A stretch of DNA of 64,000 nucleotides from Tubiluchus corallicola (GCA_030141605.1 JAQGDQ010000788.1:31744-95743), one strand, 5' to 3'; counted from the stretch's first letter, positions 1 to 15,519 are shown. The notes: a model not told the origin generated them from the sequence alone. Numbers and translations are program-made.

Positions 1-1165
1 ACTAACCTTTCTTAGTGAATAGATAGATTTCTCATAGATCGGTAAGATTTGTCGAGGAATTATCCTAGAAGTACTCTGACGAGAGACCAATGTCGCTGTC
101 TTTCATTTACATTTTGCACAGAGCAAACGACCCTCAAGAACCAAGTGGAAAACCCTTTCTATGCTCCACATACGACCTCTGTCTTGCACTTGTGTGAGAG
201 CATCGTTGCAATTAATACCTTCAAAGATGCGTGGACAAATTTAAAGCAAAACAGGACGATTTTTCATTTTGAAGTACTGTAAAAGGTGTACATTTTAACA
301 CGTGCAATAATGCCAAAGCATTTCTGATAATTAAATAATAGATTAAAAACTTAATTAACGGCAGACGAGCCTAGCTGGTGATGACGTCACAAACGAACAT
401 AATTTTCAGCATCGCAAACATTCCGCGAGGGTGTTGCACGTGTTTGCGAAAGAGATAATTGAAGTACAGTGCTATCGTACAACATTTAGTGTAATATAGA
501 AAAACTTAATATAAAATTAAAATTGATATTTTAAATTTACTTCTGTGCTTAGGCACGAGCTCTCGAACGTGTGTATTATGTCACAAACGAACAGATCTCA
601 AGTGAGAGGTACAGCACCTGTTTTTCATGCAACGGGTGTCCGAAATGCAGGCGCTAGTGCACATCTCACTAACGAATGGCGAAATGCATGCAGCAGCGAA
701 GAACTAGCATGCGAAATTAGTCATTGTTTGAAAATCTCTCTCTCTCTCTCTCTCTCTGTCTTCTCTTTTTCTCTACGTACTCCTCTTCTCACACTCGTTC
801 TATCATTTTTTCTCTCTACTGTACACATACAGCTGAGCCTGTTGCGTAGAACAGACAAGGTATTTCTGTGGTCACTGCTTACGTCACTTTGGATTAAGCT
901 TAATTGTTTTTAGAGAATTAGTGATGCGATTAATTGTGATCAGCTGTAGTCGGGCAGGCGTACACAATCTCACAAAGACATTAAGGTCTGTAGATGACTT
1001 CAGCCAGGTCTAACTTAAGTGCATCTACAGCATAACTAACTAAGCATGACCGATTAGTATTTAGTTATATCCTATAATCGTTTATAAATAACCCATATAG
1101 GCTAGGAGGAGGTATGGTGAATACCATATTTAAATGTCAGGTGTGTACGCGCAAGATCACTTTAA

Positions 1166-1624
1166 CCCTTTCAGCCCCAAATTATTTTTTTAATAAGAAA
1201 ACATTTTTTGGCTTGGTACTTTTGTTCAGTATGTCCATCTTGTTTACACGTAATAATTATTTCTTCTACCTGTGCCCGTGTGCTAAATATAGCCTGTATC
1301 CCACGGGATACATTGAGATTCAATGGAAGCATCAAATGTGCTTCATTTTGCAACTGCTGATAATTTTTTAAAGTATTTAAGACATTTAGTATGCATGCTA
1401 TGCTGATCTGTACAAAGTCGTCTCTAAAGTACTGTACCTTGCGCAGTTTTTTGTGCTATGTAGATTTTCTAGTTTGCCATTTTATCACCATTTTTAGTCT
1501 ATTGTTATTGGCTTAAATCAAAATAACTATTAACAGATAAAATAACTGTCAGTTTTAAAATTTTATTAATTTTAAAGGCAGAAAATATTCTCGTGTCCCA
1601 CGGGATACAACGGATATGAAAGGG
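1166..1624. mobile_element. piggyBac-like MITE
   Basis: TTAA on both sides (1162-1165, 1625-1628), termini CCCTTTCA / TGAAAGGG, and an internal palindrome TCCCACGGGA present twice. Confidence 0.75.
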
Positions 1625-3110
1625 TTAAAGAGAGAGATATAATAGTATTGTGTAAAATTACACTTAGGTAAGACACTTGGTGTGAACCAGTTGAGAAGCA
1701 ACAAACTCTGTAGTGTGAACGCGCCATAAATCATTTTTTCAGCTGCTACAACGCTATAAGAGAAGCTCTGAAGTATCGGTGGCCTCGTTCACACTACCCG
1801 CCCCATCAGAACATCGGCTGTCGGCCCAGGTTAATGTCATCATATTTTTTTCTTTTCATACAATTTGGCACTTTGTAAATTGGAGTCCATCACTCAGTAC
1901 CGCGGCTTCTACTTAATCTGTTATAGTTATGATGATACGAGATTAGTAAGAACATTAGTCTTGTTTAAAGAAATGAAATATAAAAAAAGCAAAAGTGAAA
2001 CAGAAAATTGTTATTTTTCCCACTAGGTGGACGAAGTCGTCTGGGACCACATCAAAATGCTGAAGACCGGAATCGGTGTGAATATTATTTAAAATTGCAA
2101 TCACGACCTCCGTAGCTGGATTTACGTATCTTATTTACCAAAGTTAATATTTCGATGGAGAAATGAAAAAAAACGTGCATAAGAAATTATAAAAAAACTG
2201 TGTTCGGTGTCAGGGCAGATATGCTGGATACAGCGAGTATACGAAATATAGCAAGCATGCCAATCTTGACGCCTCGATGTCTAGTTTCTGAATTATTTAA
2301 CAACGTCTTTTGGCGTGTGTACTACGCACAATGTATCTATGACGTTCCTTAACCAATAATACCAAAATAATTGACATCTATGAGCTCCGCAGAAATGTAT
2401 AATCGAACCACAGTGCAGAGAATAGCACGCGCTCCTCACCTTACGTGAACGTTAAACTTTCATGCAAAGTGCCGCCTCGACTGCATAGCACTTTGACGTT
2501 TCCCGTAAATTCCCCTAGGGAACCAGCGCGTATTCCTAGTATTAGGCAGATTCTCGGCTTTTAAGAGGGAAACACTCGCGTATAATAAGAAGAGGAAATC
2601 TCGGATGCATTTAGTCAACGTCTTCTGCCCTGCCTTATATGGCTTCTCGGTAAGCTAGGCGTTTATTATGGCTATTGAGGTAATAATAGTGGTTAGTATC
2701 AAAGTACCGCTTTTATTTTTAGTCTGAGAAGAAGCCTAGTTGTATGGAGCACTAAAAGTGACGTAAGGGAAGTATTTCTGTAAGATAATTTTCATGAGAT
2801 ATGTGGCTTCTTGTGGTGACATTTGTAAGCGTTTGCGTTTGAGTGAGAACTTTGAGTGAGATTTTTTGCCCAACAATCGTGTATGAAACTAGAAAAGTGA
2901 AGATTTTTGTGTTTACTTTATTCAATACTGTTTATTACTTTAAAAACTTATGAGTGATGATTCGTATCCATACACAGCAATAAAAATAAAGAGGTAGCCA
3001 ATCACAACAAGGTTTATTAGTATTAACGATATTTCGGGAAACCACTCTGTTCATTCATCAAGTTACACAAAATTAATCTCATAGAATTACAGAATGTTAT
3101 TTTTCTCTCT

Positions 3111-4080
<970 letters not shown>

Positions 4081-4094
4081 TGTCATTTGAAAAC

Positions 4095-4455
4095 TACTTA
4101 AAAAATTTAATATCACATACGACAGTGTCACGTGCTGTCTTATTGCGTACAGACTTTGGTTTAGCAGAACGCTGAATAAAACATGTAAATTTAAACTTCC
4201 GCGATGACCGCTAGGTGCAGCCATTTTAACGATGAGTCGTTTGAAACAAGTTTAGATAACATGCTTAAACTTTGAAAATATGATCAGAGCATTCGTACCA
4301 CCGTCTCCACAACAATGCAACAGTTTAAATCTTGTCAGTAAGATCGATAATTAATGTGTGTTTTTGGTGAATCAGTGGTGCACACTGGGATTGCGATGCA
4401 GTGCCGTTTTACCATTTGGCGCGCACATCTTAAATTATCAAGAATTTTCATTTCC
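4095..4455 (+). mobile_element. Dispersed repeat family A (unclassified)
   Basis: Shares gcagccattttaac...tttgaaacaagtttagataacat...ggtgaatcagtggtgcac with copies at ~6655-6765(-), 8030-8825(-), 16215-16515(+), 38520-38815(+) and 41540-41940(-). Confidence 0.75.
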
Positions 4456-4864
4456 AATTACATGAATCTTTCAAAGAGGTGAGCGCCATGTTGAGTGCTA
4501 TAACGTAATGTGGAAAGTTTTTTTGAGATCTGCTTTAAAATTCTTTTATCTCACTTTTTGACCTACATTAAAATACGAACTAAGAGCATGCTTTATGTCT
4601 TTCTCCCATAGAAACGTTATTACGCTATTATACGATCAACAGTATCTGCATTCACGTTGACACTTTACCATTATTCTAGCCAAATGGGTATAATCATTTC
4701 TTAGCATGGAGTCCATTAAGAGCAAGCGAAGATGGCATAAGTTCATTATAGACACAAGCTCAGAATATATAGGTTTCATATAAGGCGCTTATTGTTAAGA
4801 AATGAAGGAATAGAATGTACTTATAAATATATATATATAATAAATAGATAAATAAATAAATATT

Positions 4865-5348
<484 letters not shown>

Positions 5349-5749
5349 ACTTTGTGATTTTTTACTACAGCCATCACAGGCAATATAAGCACGGTTAATT
5401 CTCTGTCTGGCTGTTTGCCTGTGCGTCCATCCATCCACCTGTCTGTCTCTCTGTCCACTAAATTCCTTTAATTTTAAGATTCTTTATTATACAGCAAGCA
5501 GCCGTTTGACATCATACAGTAGCTATCTCTTCTCGCTTTGATATTTTTCTAAAAAATTTGTGATATCGTACTTCGGGGAAGTATTAGATTTCTTCACGCC
5601 GCGCCATTAATCATAATTAGTCCAGCCAAAGCTATAAATTAATATCGGTTGAACGAAGTTGACGCGCCGTGCGATATAAAATGAATACAAAATTTAACGT
5701 TTCTTTACGGAATAGAAGCTCTGGCTGCTTCCTCATTTGTCATAAAGAA

Positions 5750-6065
5750 AAACGGTTAGAAATGACAATGGAAGAAACCTTTGGAAGTTCGGAAATACAG
5801 AGCTGTACATTTTTTGTGAACAATTGTTATACGTGCGATCATTTTAGGCTTCCAGGGTTTTAGCAACTTTGTTTTATGAAAACCGTTAGAAGAAGCAGTG
5901 GAGGAAACCTTTAAAAGCTGAGAAATGCAAAACTGTACGTTTTGCGTAAACGCTATTTGAAACTGTTGTTTTTAGGTTTTGTGGTTTTACCAACTTGCTT
6001 TGTTTTACAAAATGGTTAGAAATGACAATGGAGGAAATCTTTAGAAGTTAAGAAATCTATGTTTT
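5750..6065. repeat. Degenerate ~130 bp tandem repeat, about 2.5 copies
   Basis: A motif like ggttagaaatgacaatggaggaaacctttagaagtt recurs near 5753, 5884 and 6014. Confidence 0.65.
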
Positions 6066-8029
6066 ACTTAAGCACTTATGATAAGTGCTGTTTCTTTTAT
6101 GTTGTTGACATATTATCAGCTTGCTCCGTTTTAATAATATCATTGATAATCCGGGAATTATCCCAGCCAAAATGGGAGTAATGCTAGTCTAACGCGCAAA
6201 CAGTCACGCGCATATAGAAGGTTTCCACTTTCAACGTTCTATTGTTACGTGGAAAACTCTTTAATGGCAACACATTTGGGACAATCGCGATAGCATATTT
6301 ATCATGAATAATAATTGCTTTTCTTTGAAATAATTATTCGCGAGCTTTTAACCAATGAGCAAAATTATCACGCAGCGCTTAAGCCATTAAGGGAATTCCT
6401 TATTACGTCACAGTCTTCGATTCAAATTAGATTAGATTATAATTCTATTTCCGTATAAAGCCACGTAAAAGATACAGTTTAGACACATGCATATATTTAG
6501 CATATTGTACTACAGGGCTGAGATGAGATGAAGTGTAATGCTGGCAGGGGAATACAGTAGACTTCTCAGGTGTGCATGTGAACGTGGCTTTATCTAGCAC
6601 AGACTCGTATTCTGACCTTGTGTTAGCACTTAGTACTAAAATAATATATAAAATAATTAAACTTTTGCTTAGCTAGCGAAGAGTGTTCTACGAATGCTTT
6701 GATTATTTTTTCAAAATTTACGCAATTTTATCTAAACTTGTTTCGAACCGCCTACCATCAAGATCGGAAGGTGATCTTGTAAGATTTGAGCTGAACAGGT
6801 AAAATGGAATAACGGCAGTGCAGGAGGTGCAAAGGGAGAAAAACCTGAAAGGTGATGAGTGTGAAGGTGTAATGAGAAAGATGGTGAAATAATGGAGAAT
6901 GACAAGATGTAGGGATTAGATTTACACTAAAATTTTAATAATGTTTATCAAGTCATAGCAACTCAATGTGGAAAAGAGGAGACAAGAGGGCACACTCAAA
7001 GGTACCAAAATGAATTTACTTCTGACTTCTGCAACTTCTGCTCTTTATATAATAGTCTGTTCGAGAATGGCTGCCAAACTTACAGAAGTACGAAATTCTT
7101 GCTACTTTGTTGCTACTTTTTGAGTTGATCTTTTCCAAGATGGCGTTTGAACTATGCACAAATCGGCTGTGCAAATAAAAAAAACATTTGAATTTGGCCT
7201 TGCCGGTTACGTTGTTAGGCAATAAATTTCTATCAATTAGTATCTAACAGAGTTCTCATGTCCAGGGTTCGTATAGCAGAATCTTTGCTCATATATGCAT
7301 TACTGTACATCCTCAAACTGCTAATTAACTCCCATTTAAACTTCACTACCTGTCTCTGATGAAATCTCAACTCAACGAATCAACAGTCTAATATAATAAG
7401 ACTTCCTTTAAAAGGATCAATAACTATTCATGGAGCTGACCGATTATCCTCGTCTCTCAGTCAGCGCAAAGGTGTCAGAATTCTTGATTAGCAGGTAAAT
7501 TGTCAGGTAGGCAATTAGCAGTTCATCTGTTGAACTAGAGATGGCAAATTGACCAGAATTCATGTTCATTTAAAACTCGGCGTGAGATAACAGCAGGGAT
7601 GATGCAGGGATGTGGAACAATTCTGGTTCAATATTACAGTTACCAGCAAACCTGCAACATTGTATATTTACAGCAGGTGATTAAACAAGAGTGAACCGAG
7701 TTTAAAAGGGAAGAAAAGGGAATTTTAAATTACCTCCTAAAAAAAATTTCATACAAAATTGTATTATTTTTTTAATATAAACTTTATTTGTTTTAAGTAG
7801 ATTGACATACAGTAATGTTTTCCCACTGTATAACAAATACGTTTTTGTTGAGAACAGATGTACAACAGGTTATCAAGAATGTTACATAGGCAGTTAGTTC
7901 AGAAACACAAGTAATTCATTAGTTAATGTTTAATAGTTAAATATACGAGTACAGAAGCGATACCAGAACAATAATTATCAATGTATTGAAAGTGTTATGG
8001 TAACTGGAAAAAAGAATTCTTAGTAATTA

Positions 8030-8825
8030 AAAATTTAAAACGGCGTTGCATCGCCATCCCAGCGTGCACCACTGATTCACCAATAGCACTACATCGCCAT
8101 CCCAGTGTGCACCACTGATTCACCAATAGCACTGCATCACCATCCCAGTGTGCACCACTGATTCAGCAATAGCACTGCATCACCATCCCAGTGTGCACCA
8201 CTGATTCACCAATAGCGCTGCATCGCCATCCCAGTGTGCACCACTGATTCACCAATAGCGCTGCATCGCCATCCCAGTGTGCACCACTGATTCACCAAAT
8301 GGCACTGCATTGCCATCCCAGTGTGCACCACTGATTCACCAAATGGCACTGCATCGCCATCCCAGTGTGCACCACTGATTCACCAAATGGCACTGCATCG
8401 CCATCCGAGCGTGCACCACTGATTCACCAATAGCACTGCATCGCCATCCCAGTGTGCACCACTGATTCACCAAATGGCACTGCATCGCCATCCCAGCGTG
8501 CACCACTGATTCACCAATAGCACTGCATCGCCACACTGCATCGCCATCCCAGTGTGCACCACTGATTCACCAAAGACGTATTTTTATTTTACTGCCAAGA
8601 CAAACTAATTAGAGAACTTTTGCTTAGTTAGCAAAGATTGCGCTACGAATGCTCTGATTATCTTCTCAAATCTACCACAATGTTATTTAAACTTGTCTCA
8701 AATGACTTGCCGTCAAAATGGTTGCGCCTGACGGTCATTCGCGATGTTTAAATTTTCATGTTTTATACAGCGTTGCTGATAATAAAAGTTCTGCATGCAA
8801 TAAGTGATAGACAATTCAAAGCGAA
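8030..8825 (-). mobile_element. Family A copy containing an internal 44-45 bp minisatellite (8043-8572, ~12 units)
   Basis: Unit gcactgcatcgccatcccagtgtgcaccactgattcaccaata is the reverse complement of the single-copy family A segment at 4366-4404. Confidence 0.85.
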
Positions 8826-8988
8826 TGTTTTTTAGCTTTGTGTTATTTGTCCTTTATATGAACTGCGAATATTAGAGTTTCATTGGTTGTTGTGCTCATC
8901 TAAGTCAAGGTGTTTTTTTCTTTTTTTGTTTTAGTCGATAGAATAATTTGCCAATTAAAACACAAATATACGAGCTTTTGTTATTATA

Positions 8989-9601
8989 GGTTTTACACGT
9001 CAAATGTAGACACAGGATAGTTCAAATGTGACTTAAGTAAGTCAAATGTAGACATAGGAATTTCGAATGTGTTTTGGTAACTCAAATGTGACTTAGGTAA
9101 GTCAAATGTAGACATAGAATTCTACATTTTATTTGTCAACGTTTTACAAAAAATGTCGGCAGAAAAGAATAAATCGGTTCCCACTTCCCAATGAACAGTG
9201 AATCACTAATTAGTTTTTTAAGTAATGCATTAGCACTGAATTGTTTATTTTAAGAATGTATTGCTTTCTCTAAAAGTTCCAATGGTATGCGGAATATTAG
9301 TGAACTATTAGTAGGCCTATAACGTTGTTATTTTAACTTAAGAGCAATTATTAAATTGAAATTAAAGAAGATTAAATTTTAACATCCTTAAACTTTACCA
9401 CCTATCCACATTTGAGACACCAATGTCACATTTAACTTGACATGTGTCTACATTTGACTTACCAAAAGCGCTCAAGATTTGTTGAAAACCATTGTTAACA
9501 CATTTGAACTGCCTAAGTCTACATTTGAGTTACCAAGACACATTTGAATTACCTAAATCTACATTTGAGTTAACGTAGGTCTACATTTGACATGTAAAAC
9601 C
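8989..9601 (+). mobile_element. TA-flanked MITE/foldback family C, copy 1
   Basis: TIR GGTTTTACAYGTCAAATGTAGAC, TA on both sides, 20 bp-periodic caaatgt subterminal repeats. Confidence 0.85.
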
Positions 9602-9659
9602 TATAGTGCTTCACTAAATGAAAGTGCCAGAAAGTCTCGCTAATAAGTACGGAACTAAG

Positions 9660-10600
9660 CCTGAGAACAAATTTTGCCATTGTTTGTCGACTACAGCGCC
9701 ATCTTCATGCACATTACACGTCATGATGACGAATTATGGAAACAAACGCAAACATCTTGGTAATTTGCTCACAACAGAAGAGGACATTTGAAGACGGAAG
9801 ATAATGGCGTTATCAGCACATTCAAAACTCACAAAAGTTTTTAGGAATAGAAAGATTTCTTTTTAAAAAAAGTTAGAAAAATCTCAGCCTTAGTTGAAAC
9901 TGCTTTTATTTATTACTAATAACTCTGAGCTCTGGACATTAAAAGCAAATCATTAAGCTGAAATTAACACTTTCGGAACGTCGAAATTACGGAAACATTT
10001 TGGAACGTCGAAATTACGGAAACATTTTGGAACGTCGAAATTACAGAAAGAAAGATTTTGGAACGTCGAAATTACGAAACATTTTGGAACGTCGAAATTA
10101 CGGAAACATTTTGGAACGTCGAAATTACGGAAACATTTCGGAACGTCGAAATTACGGAAACATTTTGGAACGTCGAAATTACGCAAACATTTTGGAACGT
10201 CGAAATTACGGAATCATTTTGAAACGTCGAATTTCAGAAACATTTTGGGTATCAGATGGCCAAAGAAAATCTCAAAATTAATAAAGATCCTTATGCAAAA
10301 AATATAACAGGAACTTTAGACAAGAAAAATAAAAAGACGTCGTTTAAGATGTACTGACATATGCTTACACCACCTGAAGATAGACCAGTGAAGATAGCTC
10401 TTCAACAAGAAAGAAAACCAGACCGAAAACCAGTTGAATAACAGATGAAACATATTTCGATTTTGCACAGAAAGATTTAAACGCTTCACCACTGATCCTT
10501 AGAGATATTAGCATTTGGTCCATTGCAGAGAGTAGGAAGTCATGACATAAAGAGATGATGAGAAAGAGGGCCCCTGGACGCATAATTCAATGGACGACGA
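9660..10600 (+). mobile_element. Degenerate RTE-like LINE 3' fragment with an internal 27 bp tandem expansion (9970-10245)
   Basis: Remnant RT C-terminal motifs NSELWTL and (R)KILGIRWPRK across frameshifts; unit ggaacgtcgaaattacggaaacatttt about 10 times. Confidence 0.6.
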
Positions 10601-11838
10601 TATGATAAGTGAAACCATTCATTGTTTTTGGCTTTGGCTTCTTTTGAAATTACCCTTGCGTGTAAACAAATGCTAAACGCGTTCTGATGAGGCTGACATT
10701 TGCTCTCCATTTCAGCACATAACATAACTGAGCTGCTTGATAAAACACCTGTTATTGACGTTTTACTGTATTATGACGTGCTTTTTGTCAATACAAATGG
10801 CTTGCACATACATTTACATTAACAATTTTACAGGCTTCCGTCGTAGATCGATTTGCTACAGTTGATAAATGATCGTAAAATTCGTGTATAAAGAGTTTAA
10901 AAGCACAACACGACAACACGATGCATTGTGGGATGTTTTAGCAATGTCGTGTGCAAGGTAGACTTTGCGTTTTCGTGTATTAACTAACAACAGTAATCAC
11001 ATTAGTTTTGTTATTTTGTTTGTAAGACTTTGGAATGACATTGGAAATTTTTCCGTTTTTAGATTTATCTTGTAATTTCCATATCCTTTAAAAGAAAGTT
11101 AATTTTCAGCGCTGGGATGCTGATACTTGTGGCTCCCTCTATCAAATTCTTCAACAAGCTGCACTCCTTTAGAGAGTAACTCAAATTTTCGACTGTTTGT
11201 TTGTTTAACACTTTGTCTTTTTGTTCGTTTTTGTTTGTCTGCTTGCTTGCTTTTGTGCTACCCATTTGTTTAGTTGTTTGCATAACTGCTTGCCTGTTTG
11301 CATATAACTTATTTATTTATTTATTTATTTTTATATATTTATTTATTTATTTATTTACTCACTTTACTTATTTAATTATTTATTGTTTATTTTTTAGTAC
11401 TGTTATCTATTCCTTTGGTCGTTTTTACTGGTTTGTTACCAATAGCTAGTTGTTAGTTCATTTTCAATGCAGATCATTATCCACAGTTAAATGACTCCTG
11501 CCAAACTGACCCTGGAGGAGAGAAACACCCCTACCGACGCCAGAGACATGGAACCGAGAGTGCTGGATTTCAAAGATCTTAAAAAACCTCCCTGTGGATG
11601 ATCCATCACACTGAGTAATAATAATGGAACTGCCCCTGCTTTAAGAAACTTGGTAAAAATTCACCCGTGGACGATCTGCCCTACAGATGGTTAGGACGTA
11701 GGACGTGATCACGTGATCAGTGTCTCGTGTCTCGCATTTATTCTGGATTCTTGTTGGCACTCCACATGGCTTTAAGCGCTTCATAAACACCTGTGTGTGA
11801 ACGCTTGTTGTCTGCAGCTGCATAACTTTGCTCGATCT

Positions 11839-13340
11839 TGCAATAACTTGAGTGTGAATGTCTGATATTCGTCTTGTTTTCTATAGCTGCATAACTTGAG
11901 TGTGAATGTCTGATATTCGTCTTGTTTTCTATAGCTGCATAGCTTGAGTGTGAATGTCTGATATTCGTCTTGTTTTCTATAGCTGCATAACTTGAGTGTG
12001 AATGTCTGATATTCGTCTTTTTTTTTTTATAGCTGCATAACTTGAGTGTGAATGTCTGATATTCGTCTTGTTTTCTGTAGCTGCATAACTTGAGTGTGAA
12101 TGTCTGATATTCGTCTTGTTTTTTGTAGCTGCATAACTTGAGTGTGAATGTCTGATATTCGTCTTGTTTTCTGTAGCTGCATAACTTAAGTGTGAATGTC
12201 TGATATTCGTCTTGTTTTCTATAGCTGCATAACTTGAGTGTGAATGTCTGATATTCGTCTTGTTTTCTATAGCTGCATAACTTGAGTGTGAATGTCTGAT
12301 ATTCGTCTTGTTTTCTATAGCTGCATAACTTGAGTGTGAATGTCTGATATTCGTCCTATTTTTTGTTGCTGCATAACTTGAGTGTGAATGTCTGATATTC
12401 GTCCTATTTTTTGTTGCTGCATAACTTGAGTGTGAATGCCTGATATTCGTCTTGTTTTCTATAGCTGCATAACTTGAGTGTGAATGTCTGATATTCGTCT
12501 TGTTTTCTATAGCTGCATAACTTGAGTGTGAATGTCTGATATTCGTCTTGTTTTCTATAGCTGCATAACTTGAGTGTGAATGTCTGATATTCGTCTTGTT
12601 TTCTATAGCTGCATAACTTGAGTGTGAATGTCTGATATTCGTCTTTTTTTTTTTATAGCTGCATAACTTGAGTGTGAATGTCTGATATTCGTCTTGTTTT
12701 CTGTAGCTGCATAACTTGAGTGTGAATGTCTGATATTCGTCTTGTTTTTTGTAGCTGCATAACTTGAGTGTGAATGTCTGATATTCGTCTTGTTTTCTGT
12801 AGCTGCATAACTTAAGTGTGAATGTCTGATATTCGTCTTGTTTTCTATAGCTGCATAACTTGAGTGTGAATGTCTGATATTCGTCTTGTTTTCTGTAGCT
12901 GCATAACTTGAGTGTGAATGTCTGATATTCGTCTTGTTTTCTATAGCTGCATAACTTGAGTGTGAATGTCTGATATTCGTCCTATTTTTTGTTGCTGCAT
13001 AACTTGAGTGTGAATATCTGATATTAGTCCTATTTTTTGTAGCTGCATAACTTGAGTGTGAATGCCTGATATTCGTCTTGTTTTCTATAGCTGCATAACT
13101 TGAGTGTGAATGCCTGATATTCGTCTTGTTTTCTATAGCTGCATAACTTGAGTGTGAATGCCTGATATTCGTCTTGTTTTCTATAGCTGCATAACTTGAT
13201 GTGAATGTCTGATATTCGTCTTGTTTTCTATAGCTGCATAACTTGAGTGTGAATGTCTGATATTCGTCTTGTTTTCTATAGCTGCATAACTTGAGTGTGA
13301 ATGTCTGATATTCGTCTAATTTTCTGTAGCTGCATAACTT
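11839..13340. repeat. 48 bp minisatellite, about 31 copies
   Basis: Unit gctgcataacttgagtgtgaatgtctgatattcgtcttgttttctata. Confidence 0.97.
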
Positions 13341-13382
13341 TGCACAACCTTGCAAAGAACTTGCGTATGAATGCAATGCAGG

Positions 13383-13860
13383 ACGCATGTTCTTACCCAA
13401 CATAATAATATTAAACGTCTCAAGATTCTCATTTGCTAACAGTGTTGTAAACATTTGGAATGCTCTTGGTTTCACACGTAATTCTTGCTACTAGTTTGTC
13501 AGTTTTTAGCAATCGATTAGCTAATGTTAATTTACTACCTTCTTGTAACTTCACACGAAACATGTGATTTTGTCATTGGCGTAATTGGTTCTCTCCAAAG
13601 CACATTATTGTATAAAGTGTGTCGTATACAGTATATAATTCATATTTAGTTACAATTTATTAGAAGCCTTTTAATGAAATGTATTGAATTTTAGGCTCTT
13701 GTTTTTATAGATTTTATTTTTGTGCGTCATTTTTATGTTTTATAGGATCAGCGTAAGTGCGCATGCGCCTGCTGATTCAGTCTTTTTTACAATTTTAATA
13801 TGTGTACTACTAGCAAAGGCCCCGCAAAAAATTTTGCGCGTAAATACACTTATAATCAAT
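13383..13860 (+). mobile_element. CR1-group LINE 3' fragment
   Basis: Translates as ILNVSRFSFANSVVNIWNAL...SLSVFSNRL, a typical CR1 ORF2 end, followed by an AT-rich 3' UTR. Confidence 0.65.
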
Positions 13861-13954
13861 AATACGCGAACATCCTACAAATTTCGTAAATATCGCGAGT
13901 TGGGTCCGGGAAAACGCCCGTTACGGGACGTCGTGGCCCTCTCGCGAATTCAAC

Positions 13955-14478
13955 TTACTATGGTATTACGACAATGTTCTATTTACTATGGTAGAGCAAA
14001 TAAATTACTCATGAAATTTACTCACTGTTCAGTTAACGTGAAGAGACAATTGTTTAATGCTTACTGCACTACTTTTTATTGTATGTCCACTTGGAGATAT
14101 TTTTATTCTTACAATCTTAGCAAACTCAAGGTTGCATACAATGTATCAACACGGAAGCTGTTTAACTTTTCATATGATACGAGCGCAAGATATATTTCTA
14201 CTAGACTTAATATTATTTATTTTGATGTGATTCACAGAAAATGTGCATACAGTTTATACGTCTTGAATAAGAGTGAAAATTTTATATGCAAGAACATTGT
14301 AAACAGTGATGCAAACTTTACTTCTGTAATTAGACGTCATTGGCGTAGTTTGTTATATCGTTAATTGTTATTTGTGTTATTGTTGTGTGTCATGATTTAT
14401 TGTATTATTTGTATTAATTTGTGATGTGTATATGAACTTTGTGAAGTTTGAAATAAAATATGAAATCAAAATCAAAAA
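13955..14478 (+). mobile_element. Non-LTR retrotransposon 3' fragment (C-terminal to RT, clade uncertain)
   Basis: ORF YGRANKLLMKFTHCSVNVKRQLFNAYCTTFYCMSTW...KLKVAYN, stop at 14364, then aataaa and a short A-rich tail. Confidence 0.7.
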
Positions 14479-15359
14479 AACCTACTATTAGGACGTAGTA
14501 GCCTCATAAAGGCACAATATTATCATGTCCTTTGATCCGCCTGACTCAGCCTGCACGCCAAATTCATAGCAAAATGCAAATACACTATGCACGCCCACAC
14601 GCATAATACGCTCACGCATGCACCATACACGCACACTCGCGACCCAATCAATCGAGAGAATGGTAGAAAAATCAACGTGCGCCATTGCAACTGTTGTTAC
14701 TTGTCATGGCTCTATCCACATAAAAGTCAGTGTTTACTTACCCGACGGCGCTCGCATTGTACACGAATTGAAGTACAAAGAAGCTTTTTATTGCAGTTGG
14801 TCGTTTTTGCTAAAAGCATCGGGAGCCGGCAACTAGAGAGAAAGGTTTACAAGGGAGGATGCAGGAGGGAGATTCTTTCTAAAATTCTACACCAGTGTCA
14901 CACTACTCCCATGCAAAAGATAACAAAAATGAATTTTGATTACTGATTTAAAAATGTGGAAAACAACGAGTAAGAAACAGTTTTGCAAATAACCCAAGTA
15001 TTTTGTTGATTAAATGAGCCTGGTGCAGTGGGCTTCTTAACTGAGCGCATCCTTTGCCTAGCCTGGCTGTATTTTATACCTTTGGTAGTTGAGATGCGTC
15101 GTTTACAGTTTTATTAAGCCCATTCCTAGAGAGCTATCATTAGTGTAATTCGCACGCCTTAATTATCAAACGTTTAAACAGTTTAGGATCGTGGAAAAAT
15201 GACTAAGTGCGCCAGAGTTTGAGGCTAACTTCATTACGGTAGTGTATCGACCTCTGTGTGCTGTTGCTTTATATCGGCAGGAGTCGTGTGGTAAAACAGT
15301 CTCTTGATGTTTTTGGAATTTGGTGGTGTTTGTTATTAACACTATATTGTGAGAAGGAT

Positions 15360-15367
15360 AGAGAACC

Positions 15368-15433
<66 letters not shown>

Positions 15434-15455
15434 GAGAAAGAGAGAGAGAGAGAGA

Positions 15456-15486
<31 letters not shown>

Positions 15487-15519
15487 CGAGAAAGAGAGAG
15501 AGAGAGAGAGAGACGAGAA

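Noticed and set aside
2465-2495. CAAAGTGC...GCACTTTG hairpin resembling a miR-17 seed
   Set aside because: Only an 8 bp stem, too short for a pre-miRNA.
11491-11601. 36 aa plus-strand ORF MTPAKLTLEERNTP...
   Set aside because: Short, no recognisable homology, antisense to the inferred gene.
12603-13475. 290 aa repetitive ORF
   Set aside because: Translation of the 48 bp minisatellite.
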